Part shown: positions 18,512 through 27,211 of the stretch, piece after piece
Layout of the letters: every line of letters starts with the position of its first letter
Numbering within the stretch: the stretch's first letter is position 1
Source of the DNA: an uncultured Halobacteria archaeon
Lineage (GTDB): Archaea > Halobacteriota > Syntropharchaeia > Alkanophagales > Methanospirareceae
DNA length: 47,601 nt
Assembly: GCA_964400255.1 (NCBI GenBank)
Contig: CAYNTR010000003.1
Coordinates: forward strand, 1-47,601
Reading direction: 5' to 3'
Program-made: the position numbers and the translations under genes
The notes under the pieces: model-generated
Database searches by the model: none
The model's input: only the letters and a program-made list of their open reading frames with translations
What the model was told of the DNA's origin: nothing

Positions 18512-18982
18512 CTGTAACCGCTGGGAAAGATGCGTGGCTGCAATGGCAAGAGCATCGGTGACATCGTCAGGCTTTGGTATTTCCTCTAACTGAAGCAAGT
18601 CCTTTACTTTGCCCGCTACTTCGCTCTTCGTTGAGCGCCCGTAGCCCGTTATAAAACATTTTACCTCAGAGGTGTTATACTCGTACGCCTGCAGTCCCGT
18701 AATGGCAGCTGCTAAGAGACAGACGCCCCGTGCTTGTCCAACGCTCAATGCCGTTTTCACGTTAGTATTGAAAAAAAGTTTCTCAATCGCCATATCATCC
18801 GGTTTCATCTCCGCTATCAGCCCGAGCAGCTCGTTATAGATCGTTTTCAATCGTTCCCCTTTTGATTGCGCCGTCTTGGTCCTTATACACCCGAAATTGA
18901 GCGTTTTAAATGTGCCATTACTAAACTCAACAACCCCCCAGCCCGTAATCGCAGTTCCCGGATCTATTCCAATCACCCGCAT
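18500..18982 (-). CDS. ruvC: Bacterial-type Holliday junction resolvase RuvC
   Basis: MRVIGIDPGTAITGWGVV, AIEKLFF, LSVGQARGV and DDVTDALAIAATH match the RuvC catalytic D-E-D-D scaffold. The start is set at ATG 18982, because the 62-aa upstream extension in the ORF track looks non-coding. Confidence 0.85.
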   Translation of the reverse strand: MRVIGIDPGTAITGWGVVEFSNGTFKTLNFGCIRTKTAQSKGERLKTIYNELLGLIAEMKPDDMAIEKLFFNTNVKTALSVGQARGVCLLAAAITGLQAYEYNTSEVKCFITGYGRSTKSEVAGKVKDLLQLEEIPKPDDVTDALAIAATHLSQRLQLDI

Positions 18983-19042
18983 AAATAATAAATAAAAAGG
19001 GATACAATAATAATAGAGTAGATAAAGAAAGGAGAGAAGTGA

Positions 19043-19606
19043 ATGGAAAAAGCAAAGGGAATCGTAGTTCCTGGTGATTTTCTGGGTACCTCTGAAGAAT
19101 TCACTCCTGGAACGGGTGTATATGATGATAAAGGGAATATATACGCGTCGCTTACCGGAGGAGTTCACATCAGTGATAAGAGGGTCATCGAGGTCGTACC
19201 AACGGTGGAGACACCGCCTCTGCTTAAAGATGGAGATGTTGTTGTCGGCAGAATTGAGGATTTACGAGAATCTGTCGCCGTCGTAAGCATTGGGTGTTTG
19301 AAAGGGAAGGATGAGCGAGAAATTGCGACCTCCACACCGGGCATTATTCATATATCAAATGTGAAAACGGGGTATGTGAATGATTTGCAGCACGAATTTA
19401 GCTATCTTGATTTGGTAAAGGCGGTAGTGCTGGACGCAAAGACCTTGCGACTCAGTACCGAGGGTAAAGAGTTAGGTGTGATCAAAGCTATATGTGCGAA
19501 ATGCAAAGGTGATCTGAAGAGAAAGGGGAATGTACTCGCCTGTGAACGCTGCAAACGAGTGGAAGTACGAAAAATATCTGACGATTATGGCAAGGGAATA
19601 ATGTAA
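19043..19606 (+). CDS. csl4: Exosome RNA-binding subunit Csl4
   Basis: It has an S1-like central domain and a C-terminal zinc ribbon (CAKCKGDL...CERCK). The adjacency of csl4 and rpoL is typical of archaea. Confidence 0.8.
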   Translation: MEKAKGIVVPGDFLGTSEEFTPGTGVYDDKGNIYASLTGGVHISDKRVIEVVPTVETPPLLKDGDVVVGRIEDLRESVAVVSIGCLKGKDEREIATSTPGIIHISNVKTGYVNDLQHEFSYLDLVKAVVLDAKTLRLSTEGKELGVIKAICAKCKGDLKRKGNVLACERCKRVEVRKISDDYGKGIM

Positions 19607-19640
19607 TATCTTGTGCTGATAAAAGATCGGTGATGAACGT

Positions 19641-19937
19641 ATGCGAACTGAAGACGAACCTAAAGTGGTAAAAATATTAGAGAAGAAGGACAACGTTGTG
19701 AGGATAGAGATAGAAGGAGAGGATCATACACTTTTAAAGCCGCTCACTTCCGTGCTGCTCGATAACGAAAAGGTGGATATCGCCACCTACACTATTCCTC
19801 ACACCTTGAGAAGTAACCCGATCTTGTATGTGAAAATGAAGGAAGGGGACCCCATCGAGGCTCTCAAGTCAGCGGTTACTTCACTTGCATCAGAATTTGA
19901 GGAATTTGAGAGGAAGTACAGAGCGGCAATAGTCTAG
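19641..19937 (+). CDS. rpoL: DNA-directed RNA polymerase subunit L (Rpo11)
   Basis: IEIEGEDHTLLKPLTSVLL...DIATYTIPHTLRSNPILYVK is the RpoL/RBP11 signature. The last 5 codons overlap tRNA-Gly. Confidence 0.85.
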   Translation: MRTEDEPKVVKILEKKDNVVRIEIEGEDHTLLKPLTSVLLDNEKVDIATYTIPHTLRSNPILYVKMKEGDPIEALKSAVTSLASEFEEFERKYRAAIV

Positions 19938-19993
19938 CGGTAGGACATGGGCTTCCCAAGCCTGTAACCCGGGTTCGAATCCCGGTTGCCGCA
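19923..19993 (+). tRNA. tRNA-Gly (anticodon CCC)
   Basis: Folded by hand as a cloverleaf. The acceptor is GCGGCAA/TTGCCGC, the D-arm GTCT..GGAC, the anticodon stem TGGGC/GCCTG with loop TTCCCAA, and the T-arm CCGGG-TTCGAAT-CCCGG. The discriminator is A and no CCA is encoded. Confidence 0.9.
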
Positions 19994-19999
19994 TAAACC

Positions 20000-20296
20000 C
20001 TTTTCGTTTCGAAAAGAGAAGCGTTTTCGGAAACGAAAAGAACTTGTGGATTCTCTCAGGGCTTTATAAATGGGAAGAATATAACCATGGATCACATAAA
20101 GGGATATGAATTCAGGAACGTCTTGGCAGAGCTGAGAAAAGAGAGCTTTCTTTTCGTTACGAAGAAGAAAAGCGTTTTCTGAAAGGAAAAAGAACATGCG
20201 GATTATCTCAGGACTTATAGAAAGGGGAGCAAAATGATGGATCAAATAAAGCGGTATGAATTCAGGAAAGTACTGGAAGAACTAAGGAAAAAGAGC
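20000..20296 (+). repeat. Tandem ~150-nt duplication of the promoter and 5' end of the aRF1 gene
   Basis: 20000-20146 aligns with 20150-20296, about three quarters identical by eye with small compensating indels. The shared parts include hairpin-forming TTTTCG/CGAAAA motifs, a TATA-like box and the first ~20 codons. Confidence 0.8.
20087..20182 (+). pseudogene. Truncated duplicate of the aRF1 N-terminus (31-codon ORF), possibly a leader ORF
   Basis: Hand translation gives MDHIKGYEFRNVLAELRKESFLFVTKKKSVF*, compared with authentic MMDQIKRYEFRKVLEELRKKSGRG. Confidence 0.5.
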
Positions 20297-21340
20297 GGGC
20301 GAGGCACGGAGCTTGTGTCAGTGTACATCCCGCCGGATAAGCAAATATCAGATGTGACGTCCCAGCTCCGCGATGAACATGGCCAGGCAATGAACATCAA
20401 AAGTAAGATTACTCGCACGAACGTTCAGAGCTCGCTGGAATCCATTTTATCCAAGCTCCGGTACGTGCGTGTAGGCGAAAATGGCCTGGTTATATTCTGC
20501 GGTGCGATCGATAAGGGCGGAGATAAGACGGATATAGAAACGTACATTGTAGAACCACCGGCAAAACTATATTCCTATATCTATCACTGTAATTCGAGCT
20601 TCTTCCTCGAGCCGCTGGAAGAGTTGGTGGAGGAGAAGGATAAATACGGCTTGCTCGTGCTTGATAAACGAGAAGCAACAATCGGTATCTTAAGCGGCAA
20701 GGTGGTGGAACCCGTAAAGCACCTGACCTCTTCAGTTCCTGGAAAGATCCGAAAAGGGGGGCAGTCAGCATCGCGATTCCAAAGACTGCGGGAGATTGCA
20801 ACCGAAGATTTTTATAAGCGAATCGGCCAGCACGCATCACAAATCTTACTTGAAATCAAAGACCTCAGGGGTATTTTGATCGGTGGTCCGAGCCCAACGA
20901 AGGAGGATTTTATCAAGGGTTCTTATTTGCATTACGAACTGCAAAATAAGATTCTGGGTGAATTTGACGTTGCGTACACTGATGAATCAGGCCTCTATGA
21001 GCTTGTGGACGCGGCTGAGGAGGTTTTAGAAGGGATGGATCTGATACGGGAGAAGAAGCTCATGGCGCGATTCATGAAACTCGTGGCGAATAACGAGGCC
21101 ATGGTGGCGTATGGAAGAGATGAGGTCAGGAAGAAATTGGAACTAGGCGCGGTGGACACGCTCTTGTTCTCTGAAGAACTCGACGCCGAATTGGTACACA
21201 AGTTAGTGGAACAAGCTGAGCTGACCGGCGCAGACGTAGAGTTCATCTCTACCGATATTGAGGAAGGAGCGCAGTTAAAGCGGGCATTTGGCGGTGTTGC
21301 TGCTTTCTTGCGCTATAAAACATCAGGATATGCACAATAG
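20234..21340 (+). CDS. prf1: Peptide chain release factor aRF1
   Basis: 368 aa with the NIKS-type motif (MNIKSKITR) and the GGQSA motif (KIRKGGQSASRFQR). There are two consecutive ATGs, at 20234 and 20237. Confidence 0.9.
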   Translation: MMDQIKRYEFRKVLEELRKKSGRGTELVSVYIPPDKQISDVTSQLRDEHGQAMNIKSKITRTNVQSSLESILSKLRYVRVGENGLVIFCGAIDKGGDKTDIETYIVEPPAKLYSYIYHCNSSFFLEPLEELVEEKDKYGLLVLDKREATIGILSGKVVEPVKHLTSSVPGKIRKGGQSASRFQRLREIATEDFYKRIGQHASQILLEIKDLRGILIGGPSPTKEDFIKGSYLHYELQNKILGEFDVAYTDESGLYELVDAAEEVLEGMDLIREKKLMARFMKLVANNEAMVAYGRDEVRKKLELGAVDTLLFSEELDAELVHKLVEQAELTGADVEFISTDIEEGAQLKRAFGGVAAFLRYKTSGYAQ

Positions 21341-21465
21341 GTATGAACAGGTCTCAATTTGGGCACTTAGTCCTCGAACATGCGAATGTGCCTCTATAGA
21401 GGTTATGATGTATAATTCTCCGCGTATATTATGGAACAAGAGGTAATGAGAGGGTCAACGCAGAA

Positions 21466-22806
21466 ATGAGCGCGCGTGAATCCAGTAATATACTATTGAT
21501 AGGAACAGGGCACGTTTTAGAGAAGAGCGTGAAGGAAGTAGTGGAGGTAATAGACCGAGAGAAGCCGGATGTCGTTGCTGTAGAATTAGATGAAGCGAGA
21601 TACAACGCATTGAAAGGTGAAATGAGGGAAATGTCACCCAAAGAGATGCTCAGTGCTGGCAATCCCTTTTTGATACTCACGCACTGGCTGCTCGCATACG
21701 TCCAGCGAAAGATGGGCGCGGAGTTAGGTATCGAGCCGGGTGCAGACATGATGGCAGCGATAGAGAAAGCTGAGGCCCTGGGTTGTGAAATTGCGTTGAT
21801 TGACCGCCCCATTCAAATAACGATGCAACGATTCTGGAAGAAGATGCGGCTCTGGGAGAAGCTCAAGATGATCTTTTCTATCATTCTCTCGATTGCGAGC
21901 ATAGGAACCAATGAAACTGAGGAAAAGGGAAAAGAGCCCGAGGAAAAGACGCTCAAGATGAGTATCATGGGCACAAATACGGAGATAGCGCTTGATCGCC
22001 TCACCGATGACGATATCGTTACGCAGTTGATGAAAGAGCTACGAGAGTTCTCGCCAGGCGCAGCAACCGCACTGCTGGATGAACGAGACGCGTATATCGC
22101 GCGAAACTTGCTAGAACTTCAAAATCGACCTTTGAAAAAGATCGATCAAACTCTTACCCTCCACACGTCAGAAACGTGGGATCGGACCGCTTCTCTAGAA
22201 AGCCCGAGGATAGTCGCGGTCGTTGGCGCCGGCCACGTCGCGGGTATAAAGAATTTTCTGAGCCATCCGGAATTGCTACCCACGAAGGAGGAATTATGCT
22301 CCGTTCCCAAGAAACGGGTCAATATATCGATAGGGAATTTGTTAGGAGCGGGAATTATTGCCGCTTTGGTGCTTGTCTTTTTGGCATTGATCTTTACGGA
22401 CATATCGTTCCGAGTTCTTCTTCAAGCGTTTTTCTGGTGGTTTATCATCAACGGTGTGTTGTCTGCAGCAGGCGTAGTGCTTGCACGCGGCCATCCGCTT
22501 TCTGCGTTTACTGCATTTGCCGTGGCATGGCTGACGTCTTTAAACCCCTTTTTAGCGGCGGGCTGGTTTGCCGGCCTCGTAGAAGCTCGTTTCCGCAAGC
22601 CCTCCATGGAAGACGCAAAGAACATGCTGAACGTGGAGTCGCTCCGCGAATTGCTGCGCAACAAGCTGTTTAAAGTTATTCTTGTTGCCGCACTGGCAAA
22701 TTTAGGAAGCATTGCGGGCACGTTCATCGGGCTTTACGTGGTAGGGCACGTAATCGGTATCAATATCAACGATATCTGGATTGGGCTAAAGACACTTTTT
22801 CTTTAG
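21466..22806 (+). CDS. TraB-family protein with a C-terminal multi-pass membrane domain
   Basis: LLIGTGHVLEKSVKEV...PDVVAVELDEARYNAL and VVGAGHVAGI are TraB/PrgY-like motifs. The C-terminal ~150 aa are hydrophobic. Confidence 0.75.
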   Translation: MSARESSNILLIGTGHVLEKSVKEVVEVIDREKPDVVAVELDEARYNALKGEMREMSPKEMLSAGNPFLILTHWLLAYVQRKMGAELGIEPGADMMAAIEKAEALGCEIALIDRPIQITMQRFWKKMRLWEKLKMIFSIILSIASIGTNETEEKGKEPEEKTLKMSIMGTNTEIALDRLTDDDIVTQLMKELREFSPGAATALLDERDAYIARNLLELQNRPLKKIDQTLTLHTSETWDRTASLESPRIVAVVGAGHVAGIKNFLSHPELLPTKEELCSVPKKRVNISIGNLLGAGIIAALVLVFLALIFTDISFRVLLQAFFWWFIINGVLSAAGVVLARGHPLSAFTAFAVAWLTSLNPFLAAGWFAGLVEARFRKPSMEDAKNMLNVESLRELLRNKLFKVILVAALANLGSIAGTFIGLYVVGHVIGININDIWIGLKTLFL

Positions 22807-22834
22807 AAAAGAAAACCTGTACTAAAAGAAAAGG
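22792..22834 (+). repeat. Copy C (more diverged) of the dispersed gene-3'-end element
   Basis: acactttttctttagaaaagaaaacctgtactaaaagaaaagg spans the TraB stop codon. It shares the ACACTTT...CTT...AGAAA...AACCTGTACTAA..GAAA backbone with copies A and B. Confidence 0.6.
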
Positions 22835-22868
22835 TTTTTAGTAAAGCTCTCTTTTAAAGAATAGTTTG

Positions 22869-23165
22869 ATGGAGAAGATAGTCATCTGGCCGGCGTATTT
22901 AGCAGCAGGAAAGACGAAACGAGAAGGGAGACTTGTAGCCCGAAAACATGCGGTGAAATCACCGAAGGTCGAAGAGATCGCAAAGGTTGCGAAGACGCTC
23001 AACCTGGAGCCGGAGGTAGAGAAGGAGAAAGCATATCCGAAGTCGCACTGGGATAAAGGTGGACGGGTTTTAGTGACCAAAAAGGGGAGCAAAGGAGAGA
23101 CTGTACGCGAGATTGCGAAAGGGATAAAAGAACTGCGCGAACGACCTAAGAGCGGAGGCAGGTGA
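22869..23165 (+). CDS. srp19: Signal recognition particle protein SRP19
   Basis: IVIWPAYLAAGKTKREGRLVARKHAV is the SRP19 N-terminal signature. The length is ~98 aa. The ORF track starts at TTG 22866, and I prefer the ATG at 22869. Confidence 0.8.
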   Translation: MEKIVIWPAYLAAGKTKREGRLVARKHAVKSPKVEEIAKVAKTLNLEPEVEKEKAYPKSHWDKGGRVLVTKKGSKGETVREIAKGIKELRERPKSGGR

Positions 23166-23173
23166 CTGTACCA

Positions 23174-23830
23174 ATGTATGATTTTCACACGCATTCCCTG
23201 TTTAGCGACGGTGAACTCATCCCAAGCGAGTTAGTACGCAGAGCGGTAGTTCATGGTTACGAAGCGGTTGGAATAACCGACCACGTGGATTTTACGAATA
23301 TCGAGCACGTTTTGAAGTGCTTAAAGAAGGTAGAGCTTCATGAGATAACCACTAGTGCTATAGAAGTGATGCGAGGTGTTGAGCTCTCGCACGTGCCGCT
23401 CCAGAAGATCGGAAAGCTGGTAGCGAAGGCACAAGATTTGGGTGCAGAGCTGATAGTGGTGCACGGCGAAACCATAGCGGAGCCTGTGGAGCGTGGCACG
23501 AACAGAGCAGCCGTGAGCAATCCCGCCGTGAATATCCTCGCACATCCCGGACTGATCAGTGACGAGGATGTGGAACTTGCGAAGGAAAATGACGTTTATC
23601 TTGAGATAACGTCACGAAAGGGCCATTCCCTCACGAATGGTCATGTTGCCAAGATTGCAGAAAAAGTCGGAGCGAAGTTACTCCTCAATTCAGATTTACA
23701 TTCCCCGGATGATTTTTTGACACAAGAAATCGGTGCTCGCATCCTCGCCGGTGCTGGCTTAGGCCGCAACGAAGTGATACAGGTGATGGAAGCGAATCCG
23801 CGGAATTTATTGAAGAAGCTCGGGAGGTAA
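23174..23830 (+). CDS. PHP-domain metal-dependent phosphoesterase
   Basis: MYDFHTHSLFSDGEL, GITDH and VVHGE are PHP-fold His/Asp motifs. The ORF track starts at GTG 23162, which overlaps the srp19 stop. Confidence 0.7.
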   Translation: MYDFHTHSLFSDGELIPSELVRRAVVHGYEAVGITDHVDFTNIEHVLKCLKKVELHEITTSAIEVMRGVELSHVPLQKIGKLVAKAQDLGAELIVVHGETIAEPVERGTNRAAVSNPAVNILAHPGLISDEDVELAKENDVYLEITSRKGHSLTNGHVAKIAEKVGAKLLLNSDLHSPDDFLTQEIGARILAGAGLGRNEVIQVMEANPRNLLKKLGR

Positions 23831-23835
23831 CACAT

Positions 23836-25014
23836 ATGGTTCTGTCACACCAAGAGGTTATCGAGAAAGAGAAGCGCTACATTATGCAAACGTACAAGAG
23901 ACAACGAGTAGTAATCAAAGAAGGGAAAGGCGCTAGAGTAAAGGACTTTTTGGGCAACGAGTATATCGACTGCGTTGGCGGCATTGCGGTTAACGCCGTT
24001 GGGTATTGCCATCCAGTGGTCGTGAATGCGCTCAAAGAGCAGGCTGAGAAGCTCATACATGTCTCGAATTTGTATTACACCGAGCCCCAGGTGAACCTTG
24101 CGGAGAAATTAACCAAGATAACCGGTATGGGCAAGGCTTTTTTCTGTAATTCGGGCGCGGAAAGCATCGAAGCAGCATTGAAACTGGCATGCAAAGTGAC
24201 CGGAAAGCAGAAATTTATCGCTGCGGAAGGTAGCTTTCATGGTCGGACACTCGGGTCATTGAGTGTCACGTTTGAAACTAAATTCAGAAGTGCGTTTGAG
24301 CCGTTACTGCTGAATGGTGTGACCTTTGTACCCTATAACGATGTCGATTCAATTAAAAAGGCAATCGATGATGACACGGCTGCGGTTATCCTGGAGCCGA
24401 TTCAGGGCGAAAGCGGTATACGAGTCCCTTCAGCGGGCTATTTGAACGAGGTGCGTGAGCTTTGCACGGAGAATGGCGTTTTGTTAATTTTGGATGAGGT
24501 GCAGACAGGATTTGGTCGCACCGGGAGATGGTTTGGTAAGGATCATGACGGCGTAGAGCCCGATATCATGACGGTCGCGAAGGCGCTCGGTGCTGGGTTC
24601 CCTATCGGTGCCATGCTTGCAAAAGAGGGTATAGAATTTGAAGCCGGTCAACATGCATCGACCTTTGGCGGCAATCCGCTCGCATGCGCTGCGGCATTAG
24701 CCGCTATACGGGTAATAGAGGCGGAAAAGTTAGTGGAACGGTCACGAGAACTTGGCGAGTATTTTATGGAACAGGTTCATGGCAAGAATGGATTGGCATC
24801 GAATCCCGCAGTGAACGAGATACGGGGAAAAGGGCTGATGATCGGGATCGAATTAACGAAGCCCTGCGGTGAGCTGGTAGAGAAAGCGCTTGACCGAGGA
24901 GTTCTCATCAACTGCACTGCTGACAAGGTGATTCGTCTGGTACCACCGCTAGTTATCCGGATAGAGGAGCTGGATACCGTGGTTTCGGTTTTGCGGGAGC
25001 TTTTACCGTTCTGA
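23836..25014 (+). CDS. argD: Acetylornithine (or LysW-lysine-type) aminotransferase, class III PLP enzyme
   Basis: It has FCNSGAESIEAALKLA, LILDEVQTGFGRTG and the TVAKALG PLP-lysine context. The length is 392 aa. Confidence 0.85.
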   Translation: MVLSHQEVIEKEKRYIMQTYKRQRVVIKEGKGARVKDFLGNEYIDCVGGIAVNAVGYCHPVVVNALKEQAEKLIHVSNLYYTEPQVNLAEKLTKITGMGKAFFCNSGAESIEAALKLACKVTGKQKFIAAEGSFHGRTLGSLSVTFETKFRSAFEPLLLNGVTFVPYNDVDSIKKAIDDDTAAVILEPIQGESGIRVPSAGYLNEVRELCTENGVLLILDEVQTGFGRTGRWFGKDHDGVEPDIMTVAKALGAGFPIGAMLAKEGIEFEAGQHASTFGGNPLACAAALAAIRVIEAEKLVERSRELGEYFMEQVHGKNGLASNPAVNEIRGKGLMIGIELTKPCGELVEKALDRGVLINCTADKVIRLVPPLVIRIEELDTVVSVLRELLPF

Positions 25015-25077
25015 TCGAAAAGTCAGGGTAATAAAACCTCGTACAGTTAAATATGAGGGAGAGAGTTATTACTTTAC

Positions 25078-26298
25078 ATGCGTGCAGATTTTGATCCTCG
25101 ACTTACCAAAATCGTCATCATTGCTGCAGTCTGCGTTTTCAGCACGCAATTCTGTGTCACGGTCATTGCGCCACTTCTTGGCACGTGGGTGGAGGCTTCA
25201 AAAACGCCATTTCTCGTCGCTGCTTTGATCTTCTCCGCGTTTACTATTGTGAGCACACCGCTCAATATCCCTGGTGGCATTCTCTCAGATAAGCTGGGGA
25301 GAAAGCCGTTGATTGCCGCTGGCCTTTTACTTTATGCCGTGGCATCGGCTCTTTTTCCCTTTGCATCCGAGCCATTTGATTGGATATTCATACGGGCATT
25401 ACAAGGAGCAGGCGCAGGCTTGTTCTTTCCTGCAATCACTGCCCTACTTTCTGAGGTGACGAGTTATGAGAACCGAGGGCAGGCAATGGGCGTGTACAAC
25501 ATCGGTTTGGGGATGGGATTGGCAGTGGGGCCAGTTTCTGGTGGCGTTCTCTTCGATCGGTATGGTATTTTTGTGCCGTTTTTCGTCTGCGTTGCTTTTG
25601 CACTGCTCAGTGTCGTATTGGTGCTGTTCTTTGTTCAGGAGCCGAAAATACGGCCGCAACGCAACGTTGGAATGAAGATGTCGTTATCAGAGCGAGAACG
25701 AAAAGCGTTGACACTTGCTTGTCTGATAATATTCTTTGGGATTGGTGTAGCAGCAATTATGGGTGCGTTGTTCTCCCCGTTTGCTTTTGCCCCTGAGACA
25801 CTCAAGCTCTCCGCGGGACTTATCGGGGCAATTTTATCGGCGATGTTCATAGTATACGCAGTACTCCAAGCGGGATTCACCTGGCTCATGAAGAAGACAG
25901 GTGAACTTATACTCTCGATTACTGGCTTGCTTTTGTGTGCTTGCGGCTTGCTGGTGCTTTATTTTGCAACTGCTCTTTTCGAGCTCGTCATAATGAGTTT
26001 TTTCCTCGGCGCCGGTCTCGGTGCACTTTCACTTGGCACGTTAACGCTCGCATCAAAAGCAGCCGATGAGGAGGGAGACCCCGAGCAAAAGCAAGAGCGC
26101 AGAGGGAAAGTAATGGGTATTTATTACACGGTATTTTATGCGGGTTTGGGGGGTATTCCACTTGCTGGTGGTGCGCTTTCTGAAGTCTTCGGCGCGAGGG
26201 TGCTGTTCCTTGCGTATGCCTTGTTGCTCCTTATCGTGATGGGTGTGGTGTGGAAGATTGGAAGGGATAAAGCGCTCTTTGGTAAGATAAGCTCATAA
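25078..26298 (+). CDS. MFS transporter
   Basis: 406 aa with ~12 hydrophobic helices and the MFS loop motif GGILSDKLGRKP between TM2 and TM3. Confidence 0.8.
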   Translation: MRADFDPRLTKIVIIAAVCVFSTQFCVTVIAPLLGTWVEASKTPFLVAALIFSAFTIVSTPLNIPGGILSDKLGRKPLIAAGLLLYAVASALFPFASEPFDWIFIRALQGAGAGLFFPAITALLSEVTSYENRGQAMGVYNIGLGMGLAVGPVSGGVLFDRYGIFVPFFVCVAFALLSVVLVLFFVQEPKIRPQRNVGMKMSLSERERKALTLACLIIFFGIGVAAIMGALFSPFAFAPETLKLSAGLIGAILSAMFIVYAVLQAGFTWLMKKTGELILSITGLLLCACGLLVLYFATALFELVIMSFFLGAGLGALSLGTLTLASKAADEEGDPEQKQERRGKVMGIYYTVFYAGLGGIPLAGGALSEVFGARVLFLAYALLLLIVMGVVWKIGRDKALFGKISS

Positions 26299-26338
26299 GA
26301 AAATTTCATTTTGGGGTTAGAACTAACCGAAGAGAAAC

Positions 26339-27100
26339 TCAAATCCTCTCCGGCGCATTCGCTATCTTAATCAACGCTTCTTTTTCCAAGAAGTGCAACT
26401 CACCGGGAACAACGAGCACATGCGGAAGTTCACCGAAATCAAACTTTTTCAACGCATCAAAATAATCCGCTTTCACAACCGGCTCATCAGATCCCGCTCG
26501 AGCTATCCCTATAAATACGGATTTTTTGAGCACATCTCCGTTTCTTTTTTCCTCAACTGCCTCCAGGAACGCTAACGCATCGCTTATATGCATCGAGAGA
26601 TCGAGGTAGAGCAGTGTATGGAGTCCGCGCTCTTTGTTTGCTCGAATCGTGTCGTACGGGACTCCGGATATAACGTTCTTATACGGTGGTGAGACCGTCG
26701 CGGATTTCCCGAACTTGTAATTCTGCAGTCCGCAGATGCCAGCAATCGCTGATGAGATAGATGGTGCGTGTATTATTCTCGTCTCTATGCCTCTATCTAT
26801 CGCTCTGAGCCGCAAATCAAGATGCGTGGTTGCAATCATCGCATCGCCACCGCTGAGTAACACTACGTTTTGGCTCGTTGCAAGATTTAAAATTGCCTCC
26901 TCTGCATGTTCTTCTATATCGCTCCGTTCCAGCACGACGATTTGTTTGCCATACGTCGCTTCCATCTTTTCTATCGTTTTTCCACCCAACGGCGAGGTGT
27001 AAAACTCTGCGAAAACGGTATCTGCAGCTCGTATTGCTTCCAATCCCTTCACCGTTATGTCTTTCTCATCGTATAAACCGAGACCTATAAAGGTGAGCAT
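26339..27100 (-). CDS. dph5: Diphthine synthase
   Basis: MLTFIGLGLYDEKDITVKGLEAIRAADTVFAEFYTS is the tetrapyrrole-methylase-fold diphthine synthase signature. The length is 253 aa. Confidence 0.9.
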   Translation of the reverse strand: MLTFIGLGLYDEKDITVKGLEAIRAADTVFAEFYTSPLGGKTIEKMEATYGKQIVVLERSDIEEHAEEAILNLATSQNVVLLSGGDAMIATTHLDLRLRAIDRGIETRIIHAPSISSAIAGICGLQNYKFGKSATVSPPYKNVISGVPYDTIRANKERGLHTLLYLDLSMHISDALAFLEAVEEKRNGDVLKKSVFIGIARAGSDEPVVKADYFDALKKFDFGELPHVLVVPGELHFLEKEALIKIANAPERI

Positions 27101-27211
27101 ATACTAAGGTTCCACTAACAAAAGAAAAGAGTTTTGAAGCAATGGTCTGCAGGACAAGCGTCTATGAAAAAATAAAATCTTAAAAGCGCTCAATATCTAC
27201 TACCACAAAAC

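Noticed and set aside
18983-19168. 62-aa N-terminal extension of the RuvC ORF
   Set aside because: The extension covers the AT-rich divergent promoter and the start of csl4. RuvC proteins begin right at the M..IGIDPG motif, which is at 18982.
19934-20245. 103-aa minus-strand ORF
   Set aside because: It runs antisense through tRNA-Gly and the duplicated prf1 leader. It is an artefact of the repeat and the lack of stops.
22176-22673. 165-aa alternative-frame plus-strand ORF inside the TraB gene
   Set aside because: It is Arg/Ser/Cys-rich and out of frame within a gene whose main frame carries clear TraB motifs and TM helices.
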